This document shows, one piece after another, positions 12,700-25,126 of a stretch of DNA of 64,000 bases (the first letter of the stretch is position 1; every line of letters starts with the position of its first letter). The notes beneath the pieces were generated by a model. It did no database searches. It was not told the DNA's origin and saw only the letters and a list, made by a program, of their open reading frames with translations. This stretch comes from the human T2T-CHM13v2.0 reference genome, Homo sapiens. The translations under genes and the position numbers were made by a program. The stretch lies in NCBI RefSeq assembly GCF_009914755.1, contig NC_060935.1; one strand, 5' to 3'.

Positions 12700-13640
12700 A
12701 CGGTTGGATATAGCAAAGATTTCACCTACATCCATAGTTTTAACCAATATCTCTTTATCATTGACTGTTTTATACCTCCTGATCATACTTCTCACCTTCT
12801 CTTTGCTATGTCTGCTCTCTGCCATCTGGGTATTTTACAGACTTCAATCTCAACATCTACTTTCATTTTGTATTTTCTAACACTGTGATAGATGTGCATC
12901 CACTCATGTATTTAAGCTGGAATTTTAGGGTTTATCCTGAGTTCCCACTTGTCTCTTTTCTATGACTTACACGCCCCAAAACCAGGCATTTAATCAGGAT
13001 TCTGTTCTGTTATTCTATCATAAAAATCTCTTAAACAGGAGTCTTTTCCTATTAGACAAGGAATACGACAACAATCGACAATCTGGTTCTACAATAAACT
13101 TTTTATAATGTAAATTTTATAACATGATCCTCCCCTTTGAAGCAGCTCCCTGTGAGCAACAGGAAAGTCCGAAATACTTGCTTAGCATGGCCTATGGGCT
13201 TCAAAATCTGGCCTTAGCTGGTGCTCAGTTCTCCTAATCTGCTATACCTCTCTCCAGAGAAATATTCTGCCCCAGAAACACTGGAAGCTGCACACCATTT
13301 TCTTTTGTTTCTTGTTAATGCCTGCTAAAGTCTCAATGTTCAGCTCAAACCTCATATCCTTTATGAGATTGTTCTAGACCCAGGATAGTTAGAACCTCTC
13401 TTTTATCCTTTCTTAGCTCCCTTACCTTATTATAGACTTTATCACTAGGTACTATACTAATTCATTTTCTGATCTGTCATTCATTGTGGGCTCCTTAAAG
13501 GCAGAAACAATGATTTGCCTATATCTGTCTTTAGCAATTCCTATTGGATTTTATACAGAGTAAGTGCCCAATAAAAGCTTATTGAATGTTTTAAGGCATA
13601 GATGCATTAATGGATGAATGAGTGAGTAAATGAATGAACT
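12700..13640 (+). mobile_element. L2 3' region with (TGAA)n-like tail
   Basis: cttagcatggcctat...tctggcctt; ttcagctcaaac; gggctccttaaaggcagaaac; gtaagtgcccaataaaagcttattgaatg...tgaatgaa. Confidence 0.65.
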
Positions 13641-14361
13641 AGGTTATTATTAGCTACAGAATAGCTTCAAATAAAGACGAATGCTGAATGAACAATTCCA
13701 ACCCCCCCACAGGCCCTTATGACATCCGAAAGTCCCATCACTGATGTTCTCTGTCACCTCTAGTGAGTCACTTAGTCTCTCATCTGTAAAGCTTAATTAG
13801 TGCTTCAGCAATAAGCTCAAGCTCTTAAAATGCTAGGTGTTAAATTCATTGCTTCAGAAAAACTGTCATGTTCATAGTCATTTGGAATAAAACTGTAAGA
13901 TATGCAACAAGACTCCATTTTCTGTTAAAAATGCTAGGTTTCCTCATGCCTAAAATAGACTTAATGGCAGCTGGCTCCCAGCTACTCCTGAAGATGTCAC
14001 AGCTTCAAACATGGGGGTATTGCCACTTCTGAGACTCGAAGTTCCTTCTCTTAATTTCAGGGCCACCCTCCATGCCTCCATCCTGGAGGCCTGCACAGGG
14101 TGGGTAATCATAGTCAACGTGAGGAGAAACAAACAGGCAATTCTCCTAATGGGAACAGTTAACTGGCTCACTGTCAGTCAGAAGGCTGGCAATTTTATAG
14201 CTTCTCCACTGTGCCTGAATCACTGCACTGAGTGGTCTACTGCAGAGAGGAGAAAATGGAGTTTGTATCTCCTATGGTTCTTAACAGACTGCAGAATTAA
14301 GGAAAATATAAATGGAAAAAAAAAGTTTAAAGCTATACACGAAGATTACATAGCACAGAAA

Positions 14362-14396
14362 CAATTCAATTCAATTCAATTCAATTCAATTCAATT
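14362..14396. repeat. (CAATT)7 pentanucleotide microsatellite
   Basis: Seven perfect copies, at the tail of a minus-strand L2. Confidence 0.95.
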
Positions 14397-14660
14397 AAAC
14401 ACATGTGTTTTTGAGGTCCTACTATCTACAAAACACTATGTTAGGTACTATGGGAGAAGCACTTATAAATGGGTGAGAGAAATAGTTCTGAGCTTCTACA
14501 GTTTCATACAGAGTTGTACAATTTTCCACTAATATAAATGAACATGTATAAAGGCTAGTATGGAAATACAAAGTAGTGAGGAGATAGGAAAGGGAAAGGT
14601 GATTTCTGACTGGGGGCCTGGGAAAAGCCTTTCGAGGAAGCAGAACCTGGGATTTTGGGC
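14397..14660 (-). mobile_element. L2 3' end
   Basis: tttttgaggtcctactatctacaaaacactatgttaggtactatgggaga...gagcttctacagttt. Confidence 0.55.
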
Positions 14661-15189
14661 AGCCTCTCAAACAGTCTCCCTCATTCCTGTCTGATTCTGA
14701 AAATGTTGAGAAACAAAAGATGGAGGAAAAAAAGTATTCACCATAAATACCGATGACACTAGGCTGGGAGCTTAGTCTAATGTCAAATGGGTTTGCTGAA
14801 ACTGACCCCTGAAAATAGGCAGACTTACCCACCGATCACGGTACTAGGAGACTGGGCTCACCTCTCCATATGGATGGGCTGCCCATGTAAGCCTTAGAAC
14901 CCCAGGATAGCTCTTTCTCTAAAAGAATTTTCAGTCCCTAAGGAAATAAGGTAAAGATGAGCTGAGCCTAGTTACTCTTCTGAAACTTACAAAATAAGTC
15001 ACTCCTCCTCCTCTGAGAAAAGCCTAGAGCCACACTAATTGATCTCCTTCTAAGGAATGAAATGTTAGGTGTGGGAAAAATACATTCCTAATGCGTGATA
15101 GGATCTTAATGGTGAGAGGGAAGGAAGGACATCTCAGGCTGGGTAATAGATAAATGTGAAATTTGTAAGCAAGTCCTGAGGAGACAGAA

Positions 15190-15350
15190 AAATGTCATGA
15201 TTAAGAACACTCTTTTTGTAGTAAAACAGACATGGTTTAATCTTGACTCTTTTTTGATCTGAATAAGTCACCTAAATGCTCTGGCCTGGTTTTCTAATCT
15301 GCAAATTGGAGATAATAGTACCCGTTTCATAGAACTCAATAAATAGTTGC
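15190..15350 (+). mobile_element. MIR
   Basis: gattaagaacac...aagtcacctaaatgctctggcctggttttctaatctgcaaattggagataatagtacc. Confidence 0.65.
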
Positions 15351-16955
15351 AATAATATTTAACCACCAGCATAATTGAGCATGGGGATATGCTGCATAAT
15401 CAGACACTTCCTTTACAAATTAATTTTGGAATTTTAAGTTTTATTAAATGATCTATTTCCTTTTAATTTATCAGCTTGGTGAGATCAAATTCCTGTGTAT
15501 TGTGTTTTTCTTGAAGTGAACTGTACCTTTTACACACCGTTAGGTCTCCTATATTGCTATTTTATATCAGTACAGGAGGAGAGTGGTATGGATTGTGGGG
15601 ACAGGAGAGAGCAGCATAGGCAGGTACAATGAATAGCACACAACAAAATGTAGAGGTGAATGCAAGGATGTGACAAAGTGTAAGTGATGTGGTATGAATT
15701 TAAATGAAGACTACCAAAGGGGAATACAGGTGGAAAGAACAGCAGGCATAACTTCATTTCCAGCTCCATCCTTCTTAGAGAACTATTTTTTTTTTTTTTA
15801 ACGAGAGCATGCCAATGAGCTTGAAAAGTGTTAAACTGAACCAAAAAATGATATCTCTAATTCTTCAGGGTCCCAGATGCTTTTAAATGCATGATTGGAC
15901 AATCATAAAACTATCATGACCATATAACTGAAGATGATTTAAGAATGTACTTTCTTGGTTATTTAGAGAGCAATGTTATGGGTGTTTTTCTTTTATTATA
16001 TAGATATGATTGCTTATGATTGCAGTATCACATTAGGTTATTGATTACATGGTACTCTCGGGACAGATTATTTCTCTTGTATATGTATATGCTAGGATGC
16101 TAAAGGACATCTACCACACAGATAATTTTTGAAGAAGATGACTACATGAAAAACTGAGATCTTCAAATGGAAGCATTTTTAAACTCCTCAGTGAAGCATC
16201 TACTCTCACATGAGCTCTGAACTTAACCATATAAAACATGGCCTTGTACCAATTTAATGACTGATGCAAGAGAGATAAGTTATGCATGTGGGTCAAAAGC
16301 TATGGAATAATTGAGAGGGTTTATTCACAGCTCTCTAGGTATGACATCTGACAAGGAGAGAGAAAGAAAATAGCAAAGAGCTTGCATGTCTCTTCGTTTC
16401 CATCAAATATATTTTCAGAAGCAGACCAAAAGGAGTTGTCTCTGAAATTTAATAACCTCTAGAAATAGTTACATAACATGTAGAAATAAGTTTGTTTTAT
16501 AATATGCAGTTCTTAGATGTTGAAAAAAAAAGATTGCTTGATCATTTCTTAACCCAGCCATCTTCCAAGTATGTACTTCCATTATTTATATAGTGGAGCT
16601 GTCCTACTTGCTTTGTAAGGCAAAATACTGAAATTCACTAAAAAGAACTTCTCACACAAAGGTACATTTCTACTTTGTGTGATATTACTTACTGCTTTGA
16701 ATGGCCTCAGGTCAGTATTTTTAGGAAATAACTATGACTTTTTTGACTAAGTCCTCTAGATCCCAAGTAATTTTTATCTTTCCCATTGCCAAAGAAACAT
16801 TCATATGAGTCTAACAAGATGACTTAGATTAAATTCACTTTTATATTTGAATATTTCCTGGGGCTTTTCTATACCTTCCAAATACAATGGTCCTGAAAGG
16901 ATATTTGTAATTGAGTTTTCAAGGAATCAACACCTATTTTTGGTAGTTGTGTTAT

Positions 16956-17719
16956 TGAAACGGGAGTGTAGTTCCCTTATCCCTCTCACAGGGCGTGAGA
17001 CAGGGTGTGGCTCGCTTCTTCCATGCTCTGCTGCTAGAAGCCCTAGGGGAAGCATGCAGAAGGGTAGGTTGTGTGGAGCATTTATGGGCTCCCACCCCAT
17101 CGGCGTTGTCCAGGGTTGAGTGTTTGCAGCGCCAGAAACCTCAGTGGGCATGTGTTACAGTTTGCTCTTTCAGTTTTGCCCTCTTCAGGCGACTTGTGTG
17201 AATCAGCTCAATTAGACCCTCTGCCTTACCACAAAGACAGAAGGCTTTCTGTATCCTGGATTCTTGCCCTAGTGTACCAGAAAAATTGGGTCACACTTGG
17301 GCTTGGAGGATAGATACAAAGTTTTATTAGCTGTCAGTGAGATGGATGGGGAGGCCAGAAGGGGGATGGAGTGGGAAGGTACTCTTCCCCTGGAGTCCGA
17401 TTGCCCAGCGGTAGGGCTCTCCTCCCACTGCTCCTGGCTGAATTTCACTGTTGATGGTCTGCCAGCGTCTGCTGGTTTCTGTCTGTGGGTGTTCTCTTCT
17501 GCTCCTCTCCATGTCCAACTGCTTGTGTCTGTGCCTGCTAGGGTTTCCGGTGTTTTATGGGCACAGAATGGGGGCATGGCAGGCCAGAGTGGTCTTGGAA
17601 AATGCAATATTTGGGCACAAAAACAGGAGTGCCTGTTATCACTTAGGTCTGTGGAGCCTTTGTCAGGGACCCCACCCTTCTCTACCCAGCACTTCCCTGC
17701 CTCCCTGCCTCCCTTCTGT
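16956..17719 (-). mobile_element. ERV1-class solo LTR, MER52/LTR27/LTR28 group
   Basis: GC-rich island starting tgaaacggga...; agctcaattagaccctctgcctt; ttttatt near 17322-17328 (AATAAA on minus strand); ends ctctacccagcacttccctgc; exact family uncertain. Confidence 0.8.
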
Positions 17720-17799
17720 GGTTAAGAATGACATGTGATTTGAACATTAAATAATCATAATGTCCACCTTGGTGGGGTATGTGGTTTAAGTGAAGTGGT

Positions 17800-18050
17800 C
17801 ATCTGTAAGATAATAATTGGGATTTCCAAGTCAGACACACCTGGATTCCGACATTTGATATTATATAATGAAGCCCTGCTGGGAAAATTATGTAACATTT
17901 CTGACTCTAGTTTATTTTTTAGCAGAATGGGTTTTATAATGTTACCTATCTCATTGAATGGTTGTAAAGATTAAATGACATGATGTACGTAAAGTGCTAG
18001 CACAGTATTTGGCATGCAGTAAGCCCTCAACATGTAATTTGGTGTTATTA
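17800..18050 (+). mobile_element. MIR
   Basis: aagtcagacacacctggatt...tacctatctcattgaatggttgtaaagattaaatga...gtaaagtgctagcacagtatttggcatgcagtaagccctcaa. Confidence 0.75.
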
Positions 18051-19089
18051 CCTTTGAATAAGATAAATGGAAGAAATCTTTGATAACTTATCACTAAACT
18101 CCAAAAAAAGACTAAATTTCGTGTCAAATGATTGTGAGATTTTAAAAGAATCTTTGGAGAAGGTGATGCTATATCTCTGTGTATGTGATTTTCCTTTAAA
18201 AAATTTTTCTTTCTAAGCCTACCAGCTGCAACTTAAGCACATATCCTTTTTTCAATATTTCCAGATTGGCACAAGAGCTGATTTGGCATATAATTTATGT
18301 CTCATGTGTATACAGTATGTAGTGTATATAATTGCTATATATAGTATTTTTTATAAAATGTTCATCATGGAATTAGATTCTAAGTCAGCAATTCTCTTTC
18401 AAACGCAGCTGCATCCAAATGACTCTTTCCCTGGGGAAGGAAATTTTTTATTTTCCCCTAAGGTCACACAAAGCCATAAATGTGAAGAGCAGCTGACAGA
18501 AGGCAGTTTTTCTCTGCGGCACTTTTTCCTGACAGTAGTGCCATGATGACCCTTGTGTTTGGTTCTGTCACTAGGATTGATGCGCTTTTGTATGGGTTCC
18601 CAGAGGACCATTTATGTTTTGCAATTCCTTCCACAGATTAGGATAGTGCTCTGCAAGTGCTCACTCAATACTCATTTGTTAACCAACAGTAAAATACTAC
18701 AAATGGATACCTGTAGAAGCAATGCAAGATCATGTTCTTTATCTTCCAAGTTTGTTTACTACAATGTACAAGTGCAGCCACAAGGTACACATTATAAAGA
18801 TTTAGTGGTTTCCTAGCCTCAGATCCATGGACTACATAAATGCCATGTGATATGAAACTTACTTGAATGAAGCAGACCCACAAAATACATGCACAATTGT
18901 GACTAGGAAAGTGCTTTTGTCTAGACAGAGGTTTTATAACTTTTATTAATTTCCTAAAGGATGAACAATTCAAAAATCAGGGATCATAACACTGACAAAA
19001 GCTCTAAAGTAATAGATTTCTCTTTGTATGCAAGTGAACTCTTTAAATATATAATCACATTTTGCCTGAGAATGCTTTCATGTTTATAT

Positions 19090-20070
19090 CTTGGCACTAC
19101 TTCCATTCAATTGTGCTAACCAAAAACCCAGAGAGTCATACTGGACATCTTCTTGCTCATATGTAATCCAGTATCAAGTGCTGTCAACTTTACTGACTAA
19201 ATTCTGTTCAAATCCATCTGCTTTTCTCCAGCTCTGCTAGCACAGTTAATCCATGCTATCATCATCTTTCATCAGGAAAACAGCAATAGACTCAAAATTC
19301 TTTACTGTCATTCGGACTCGTCCTCTGCCAATCCATTCTCCACAGGGTAGCTAGGGAAACTTTTAAAAATGCAGATCTGATTATTAACTCCCCTGAATAA
19401 AAAGTGGTTTCCCATTTCTCTCAGGGTAAAGACAAAAGTCCTGAACATAACCCTATATGGTCGGGCCCTGCTTGTCCTGCAGATTCTCTTTATGCCATGC
19501 TCTTGTTTGGTCTCTCTATTCCAGCTAGAATAACCTTCTTTTTATTCTTTATGTGTGTCATGTCCTCTTCTACCAAGGCTTCTCAGCATGTATTGTTTCC
19601 TCTGCCTGAAATACTTAAAAACATTTTTTCTACAAATTCACTCTTAGTGCTTCTTATATGCTGCACATATTACTTTAGCAAAATCTTCCATGACTTCCAC
19701 TATTATACAAATTCATGAAACCATATGGTCTGTTTCAGAGAACTTGTTACCTTGCTAGCACAATGGGCTCAAGAAGAGAGTAGTTATTGGCTACGTATGG
19801 ATTCAATAGCATGGAATCTTATTCTCCAGATTTGATCTAGTTACTGCCACCATCAAAGGGTCTGCCTAGAAGTAACAGAGACCACAGCTGAGTCCCCTGT
19901 GTGGCAATATGTTTTTATTTCCTTGTTAATAATTTGATGAATGTGAATCTTTCCAGTTAGACTGCAGGCTCAGTGAAGGGAAGTATTCTTAATGGTCAAA
20001 TTTTCAGGTCTTGGCATTGCTCCTGGTACAGAGAAGACATCCATATGAACAGACTGAATGAATGAAAAAA
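19090..20070 (+). mobile_element. L2 3' region, interrupted at 19752-19906 by an ERVL-derived insert
   Basis: caatccattctccacagggtagctagggaaacttttaaaaatgcagatctgatt; ttagactgcaggctcagtgaaggg; tail gactgaatgaatgaa. Confidence 0.75.
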
Positions 20071-20631
20071 TGGTCTCCTTCATTAAGCATAATATTTGTA
20101 AAAGTAGAAATTATGAATGTATGGTGGATTGAACAAAGTGGAGAATTTACAACCATCTTCCTTGAGATCAAATGCCCTTTCCATCTGCTCTCTAGCTATA
20201 TGGTCTCAGATTATACAAGTGGTTACAACCTATGAGTAAGGACTATTGCTATTTCAAGGTACAGATGGAGAAAACTGAGACTTAGAAAACGAACAATTCT
20301 GCATTAGTCTCCCATTCCGACAAAACAAAAAACAAAACAAAACAAAAAAACCGAGTTATTCTCTAAGGGTCATTCTTACTTACGGCCTCTAAGAAATTTG
20401 GGAATGACAATGTGTTCTATATTCACATTCTTTACATGGGTCAGCTGTGAAAGTGACTTAGACTTGTAGGTAGAGACAGAGGCTTTGAACCTAACTTTTC
20501 ACTACAGCATTTTTTTAAAAAAGCATATGAATGAAAAACTCATCGTGGAATCAGATCCCAAGCAGGGTTGAGAGTTTCCAAACTTCTCCCATTTCCTAGG
20601 CCTTATCTCTTTCTTATTATCCTTTAAAATG

Positions 20632-23600
20632 TGTGCAGTAGAAGCTGTGAGGTGCCATAAAGATTTCTCTTCAGGACCAAGGCAGTCATTCCTTTGGCTG
20701 CCAGGAGTGTTGACTGCTGAAAACTCACAGCTGAGTCTCTGTCTGGGCCTCTCCATCATCTTCATCTAACAGCAGCTAGGAAGCTGCCTTACCCTAGGCA
20801 CTCCCATTCCATGGGGACAGCCTGCTTCGAATGAAGGGTATATGTACAAGTATAAAAGCTGCCCTCTTACTTCAAATAGAGACAACTCTGGAGGGGGCAG
20901 TAGAATTTCATTATAAGATGTAAATGTGATACATGTGGATCAAGCATGAGCAAGACTAGTAGACACTAATTTGCTGCACGAGCAGTGTCCAGGTCTAATG
21001 CCATTCACTTAAATATTGATTTAAATACGTTATATCAGCATTTCTCCCAGAGCTAACACCTGTGGCTGCATGAGAAGTCTCCTATGACTCGATGTCAGAG
21101 GAGACAAAAGGTAAGCTTGATTCATGAATGAGCAAGTTCTGTGTATGTTTATAGCAAAAGAGATTTGAGGATGACACTGTGCAGTTAGAGGCATTCTATA
21201 CCATAGACCTTAGGGGAGTCCTGAAAGATAATGGTAACAGGAAATCCTCCCAATGGATAAAACTTTAGTGAATATCTACTTCATGAGGGAAGAAAAGTGG
21301 CCCAAAGTGAATAAGTATGAATTATTGGACAGAGTTGAATGGCTTGGCTGATTGATTAGGAAAGGCCTGCAAATAAAATAGATAAAAGGTAATCAGGATC
21401 ACCCAGAAAGACTGGGGAAAAGGTATATATGTGAACCTATGGGAGTGGCCAGGGTATGAAGATCTTTGTATTTCATGTTAAGGTTTATCAGAGACCATCT
21501 AGTACACAGGAGGTATCAAACAACCATTTAATATTAGCTATCCTCTGTTATCAGGCATCCCATTGCTAGCATGATGGGCTCAAAAAGAGAGTAGCTATGG
21601 GTGATACATGGATCTGAAAGCATGGGATCTCATTCTTCAGAATTGATATAGTTACTGCCACTTTCAAAACTACAACCTAGAAGCAATAGAGACAACAGCT
21701 GGGTCCCCAGTATGGCACAACTGCTCAAGGAGACCAACCAGCTATTTGGTGGAATGTTGCCTGCATTGTACTTCTACTTTGAAAGGGCAAATAACTTATT
21801 TTGACTGAAATCAAAATATTTTCCATGTGAAGTTTTACTGTTCCCTTTCACAGGGTCTCAGCTAGAACCACTATGGCAGCTCATAGAGTAATCTACCACC
21901 ATGGCATCCTTTATAATGTTGCACTAGACAAAGGGACTCACAGAACAGCCAAGGAGGTGTGACAGTGGTGACATGTAGATGGGACCCACTGGTCCTACAC
22001 ATTTGGCACCTACCAGAAACTGCTACACATATACAGCAATGGGACAGGCTCTTCAAGGTACAACTGAGATACTGGCTTAGGTACAATGCCCTGCACGGAT
22101 GGGGTGCCATTTTATAAGATGAAATAAACAGCTTTAACCAATACAGTGTTTCTGTGTCCCTAGGAGACAGAATACGTTTGTGCAGCAATAAGACAATTGA
22201 TATATGAGTGGTCCCACTTAACCATCACTCCAAGTGTCCCATTTGGGTTTTCTGTGCTTTTCATCCCTACAAATCTGGATTCTGTGGCTCCAGAGGTCCT
22301 GCTTCCCAAGGAGGGAATGCTTCCAGCAAGGGACACAGTGAGTTTCCCAGTAACCTTTTAGATTTAGCTGCCACTCAGCCACTGTAGGCTTCTTGAATGA
22401 AGAAGTCAACAAGCAAGGAAAGAAACCACCATCTTGTTAGAGCAGTGGGGCTGCAGATACACAGTTTTTACCATGACAGGGAAGAGTATAATCACTGGGG
22501 TGTCTTTTGGTACCTCCTTGCCATATCTTGACAGAAAATTGACAAGTACAGTGGTCATGGACTAAGAAGGACATGGTGATCAGGAAGTCAGACCTCTCAG
22601 GGATGACATTCTGGGTCACAATTAGATAAGCGATCAAGACAAGCATAGTCAAGGGTTCTTGGAAGAGTGAGGGAACTTTAGAATGCACCGGAGAGGATAA
22701 CAATAGCAACAGCTGAGGACTCAAGGTCACCTTCAGAGGTGGGGCCTGTAGTTTGTTCCACCAAACTTGCTTTGTATATTTTCCCTGGAAAAGAAACCAA
22801 CCAGAATCTTTGAGCAGCTATTTCTAGTACAGACAGTTAGGTCATGATTCTGTCTTATACATTTTAGGGAAGTAGAAGTTACAGACAAAGTCATAAATCG
22901 ATACATGGAGGTTACATTGGTTTGGCCCAAAAAGGTAGAACATCTTGAAGCAGGGGCTTACAGGTCATAAATGCGTTCTTTAATTTGCAATTAGTTACAG
23001 GAGTAAAACTTTTCTAAAAACTTGGAGTGAGAATAAAGGAATGTTTAGGTTAAGACAAGGAAGGCTGTTAACCAATGTACTGGGTCAGCGTGACCTGTAG
23101 GGTTACATGACTTAACTCTTGTCTGGCATAGTTAGGTAATGTTTATAATTTGATATCTTATTATCAAAAAGAGTGTCTTTTGTTAGTCTCATGATCTCTA
23201 TTATAACATTAATGCTGGCCAGTTGTTGTGTCTAAAGTCCAAAAAGGAAGGGATAAAATGAGTCATATTTGACCTCCCTTCCTATTATGGTAGGGAATTC
23301 AGTTTTAAGGTTGTCTACTGTCCCGTTAGCCAAGGGGGCATTAATTCAGTCTGTTGGTTGGGGGTTAGGATTTCATTTTTAGTTTACACACTATCTAGTT
23401 ACTATGAAGTAACTATATCTACCATATAGCCTGTGGTAGATAGATACAAGGAATCTGCCTTATCTGAGGTATTCCCCATCCATGGCAGCAATCTTCCAAT
23501 ACAGAGGTACAAAAAGGAATAAATACCTCAAACTGGGCCTACCCTGAAAGGTTATCCAGCTCAAGAGTTTCAAATGGTCAGTGAAAGATCTCTGTTGCAA

Positions 23601-23725
23601 CTGCCTCACAGTGCAGCTTCTCTTTCTGTCCAGTCCTGCTTCTCTCAGCTCTCACAGGTGTCACCAAAATTACTATCCAATAAAACCCCTATATTTGTTG
23701 TGATCCCAAAAAGAAATTCAGCTAC
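20632..23725 (+). mobile_element. Deleted ERVL provirus (LTR16-type LTRs, ERV3-16A3-like internal): 5' LTR part ~20632-20900, pol/RNaseH/integrase/dUTPase remnants ~20900-22800, 3' LTR ~23432-23725
   Basis: LTR16 motifs ggagtgttgactgctgaaaactcacagctgagtc, TATAAA at 20851, gacaactctg; KSSQW RNase H motif ~21242; dUTPase-like LDSVAPEVLLPKEGMLPARDT at 22275-22337 downstream of integrase (ERVL order); 3' LTR with AATAAA at 23679-23684. Confidence 0.8.
22820..23388 (-). mobile_element. MER4-group (MER4D-like, ERV1) LTR inserted into the ERVL element
   Basis: cttatacattttagggaagtagaagttacagacaaag...tacattggtttggcccaaaaagg; ends gggttaggatttcatttttagtttaca (tgtaaac... on minus strand). Confidence 0.8.
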
Positions 23726-23853
23726 TCCTAAATGTTTGGTGTTTACTTGGCTTTCTGGGAAGGTAACATGTAGTTGACAGTAATATGAAAGATATTTTAG
23801 GACCATTTCATATGATCACAATCATATGATCCATTGAAGACTCATTGATAAGG

Positions 23854-24245
23854 TGTTATGGACTGAAATGTGACTGCCCAAAATTCATATGTTGAAGCCC
23901 AACCTCCAGGACCTTAGAATGTAATCATATATGGAGATAAGTATATAAAGAGGTGATTAAGTTGAAATGAGGCTGTTTTTGTGTGGTCATAATCCAATGT
24001 AACTGATGTCATTATAAGAGGAGAAATATACACCAGGGGCAGCATGCACAGAGGGACAGCCACATGAGTAGGCAGCTTGAGGTCAACCATCTGTAGGTCA
24101 ATGGGAGAGGCCTCAGAGGAAACTAACCCTGCTAACCAACTTGATCATAGACTTCTAGCCTTCAGAACTATGGAAAAATAAATTTATGTTGTTTAAGCCA
24201 TTCGATCGGTGATATTCTGTTAGGTCAGCCTAGCAAACTAATACC
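23854..24245 (+). mobile_element. MLT1B-like MaLR solo LTR
   Basis: tgttatggactgaa...aaattcatatgttgaagcc...gagaggcctcagaggaaac...aaataaatttatgttgtttaagcca...gcaaactaatac; TSD taagg (23849-53) / taagc (24246-50). Confidence 0.85.
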
Positions 24246-24758
24246 TAAGCATGCTTTAAATTGGGGGATATTATATCTTGTTTGACTTAATTAGCAAATA
24301 TTTTCTCAACATGGGCAATCCAAAAATGAAGAATCCAGTCTAAAATGTTGTTGTATATAAACTCTAAAGCATTGGTAGATGTCTGTAACCTGGAGAAAGC
24401 GCTGGGTCCTCTCCCCAGATAACCCCTTTCTGTCCCATGTTGTAAACCCTCTACACCTCCATGGAATAATCAAGATCACTAAGACAAATATTTAAAGAAA
24501 GAATAATTCTCTTTTCAATCACAATAGTTCCTATTTATTTTACTATACTCTAAAGAATAATAATTGCAATCTTTTGCAAAGAAACTTGTCACATTGGGAT
24601 AGTACTGGACACCTGAGGGATGGTTGGTATGTAGACATCTCATGTTACCTTAAAACACTTTGTCCCCAATCTGTGATCACAGTGGGACTATGGGTCAAAC
24701 CAAACCTAGTTCAATTAGGGGTTTTTAGTTTGAAACAAAAGGTTGGGCAAATGACAAG

Positions 24759-24901
24759 CAATATGGGTTGGGTCTGTGTCCTCAGCCAAATCTCACCTTG
24801 AATTGTAGTTCTCATAATCTCCACATGTCATGAGAGGGACCCGGTGGGAGGTAATTGAATCATAGGGGCGGTTACCCTCACGATATTCTTGTGATAATCA
24901 G
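24759..24901 (+). mobile_element. THE1C/D-like LTR 5' fragment
   Basis: atatgggttgggtctgtgtcctcagccaaatctcaccttgaattgtag...gggacccggtgggaggtaattgaatcat; homology ends abruptly. Confidence 0.8.
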
Positions 24902-25126
24902 TATCTACCCCTACCAACTCCTAATTGTGTGGTTTCTCACATCCTGGCTTTTTGCTGTCATCAGTGTGAAGTGGGAAGGATCAAACTATAATCATTAAAA
25001 TAATAATACAATAAATGCAGTACGACAATACAAGGTCTAACTTTTATAAGCACTGACAATATGGTAAGGTCCTAATAAATTCATGTGCATCAACCTCATC
25101 AACCCTTCCAATACCTGGAATATACC

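Noticed and set aside
14011-14532. 173-aa ATG-initiated ORF
   Set aside because: Runs through the (CAATT)7 microsatellite (QFNSIQFNSIQ) and an antisense L2; no recognisable domain.
17269-17738. Overlapping 63-142 aa ORFs in a GC-rich island
   Set aside because: Explained by the stop-poor, GC-rich ERV1 LTR; the island is not a CpG-island promoter.
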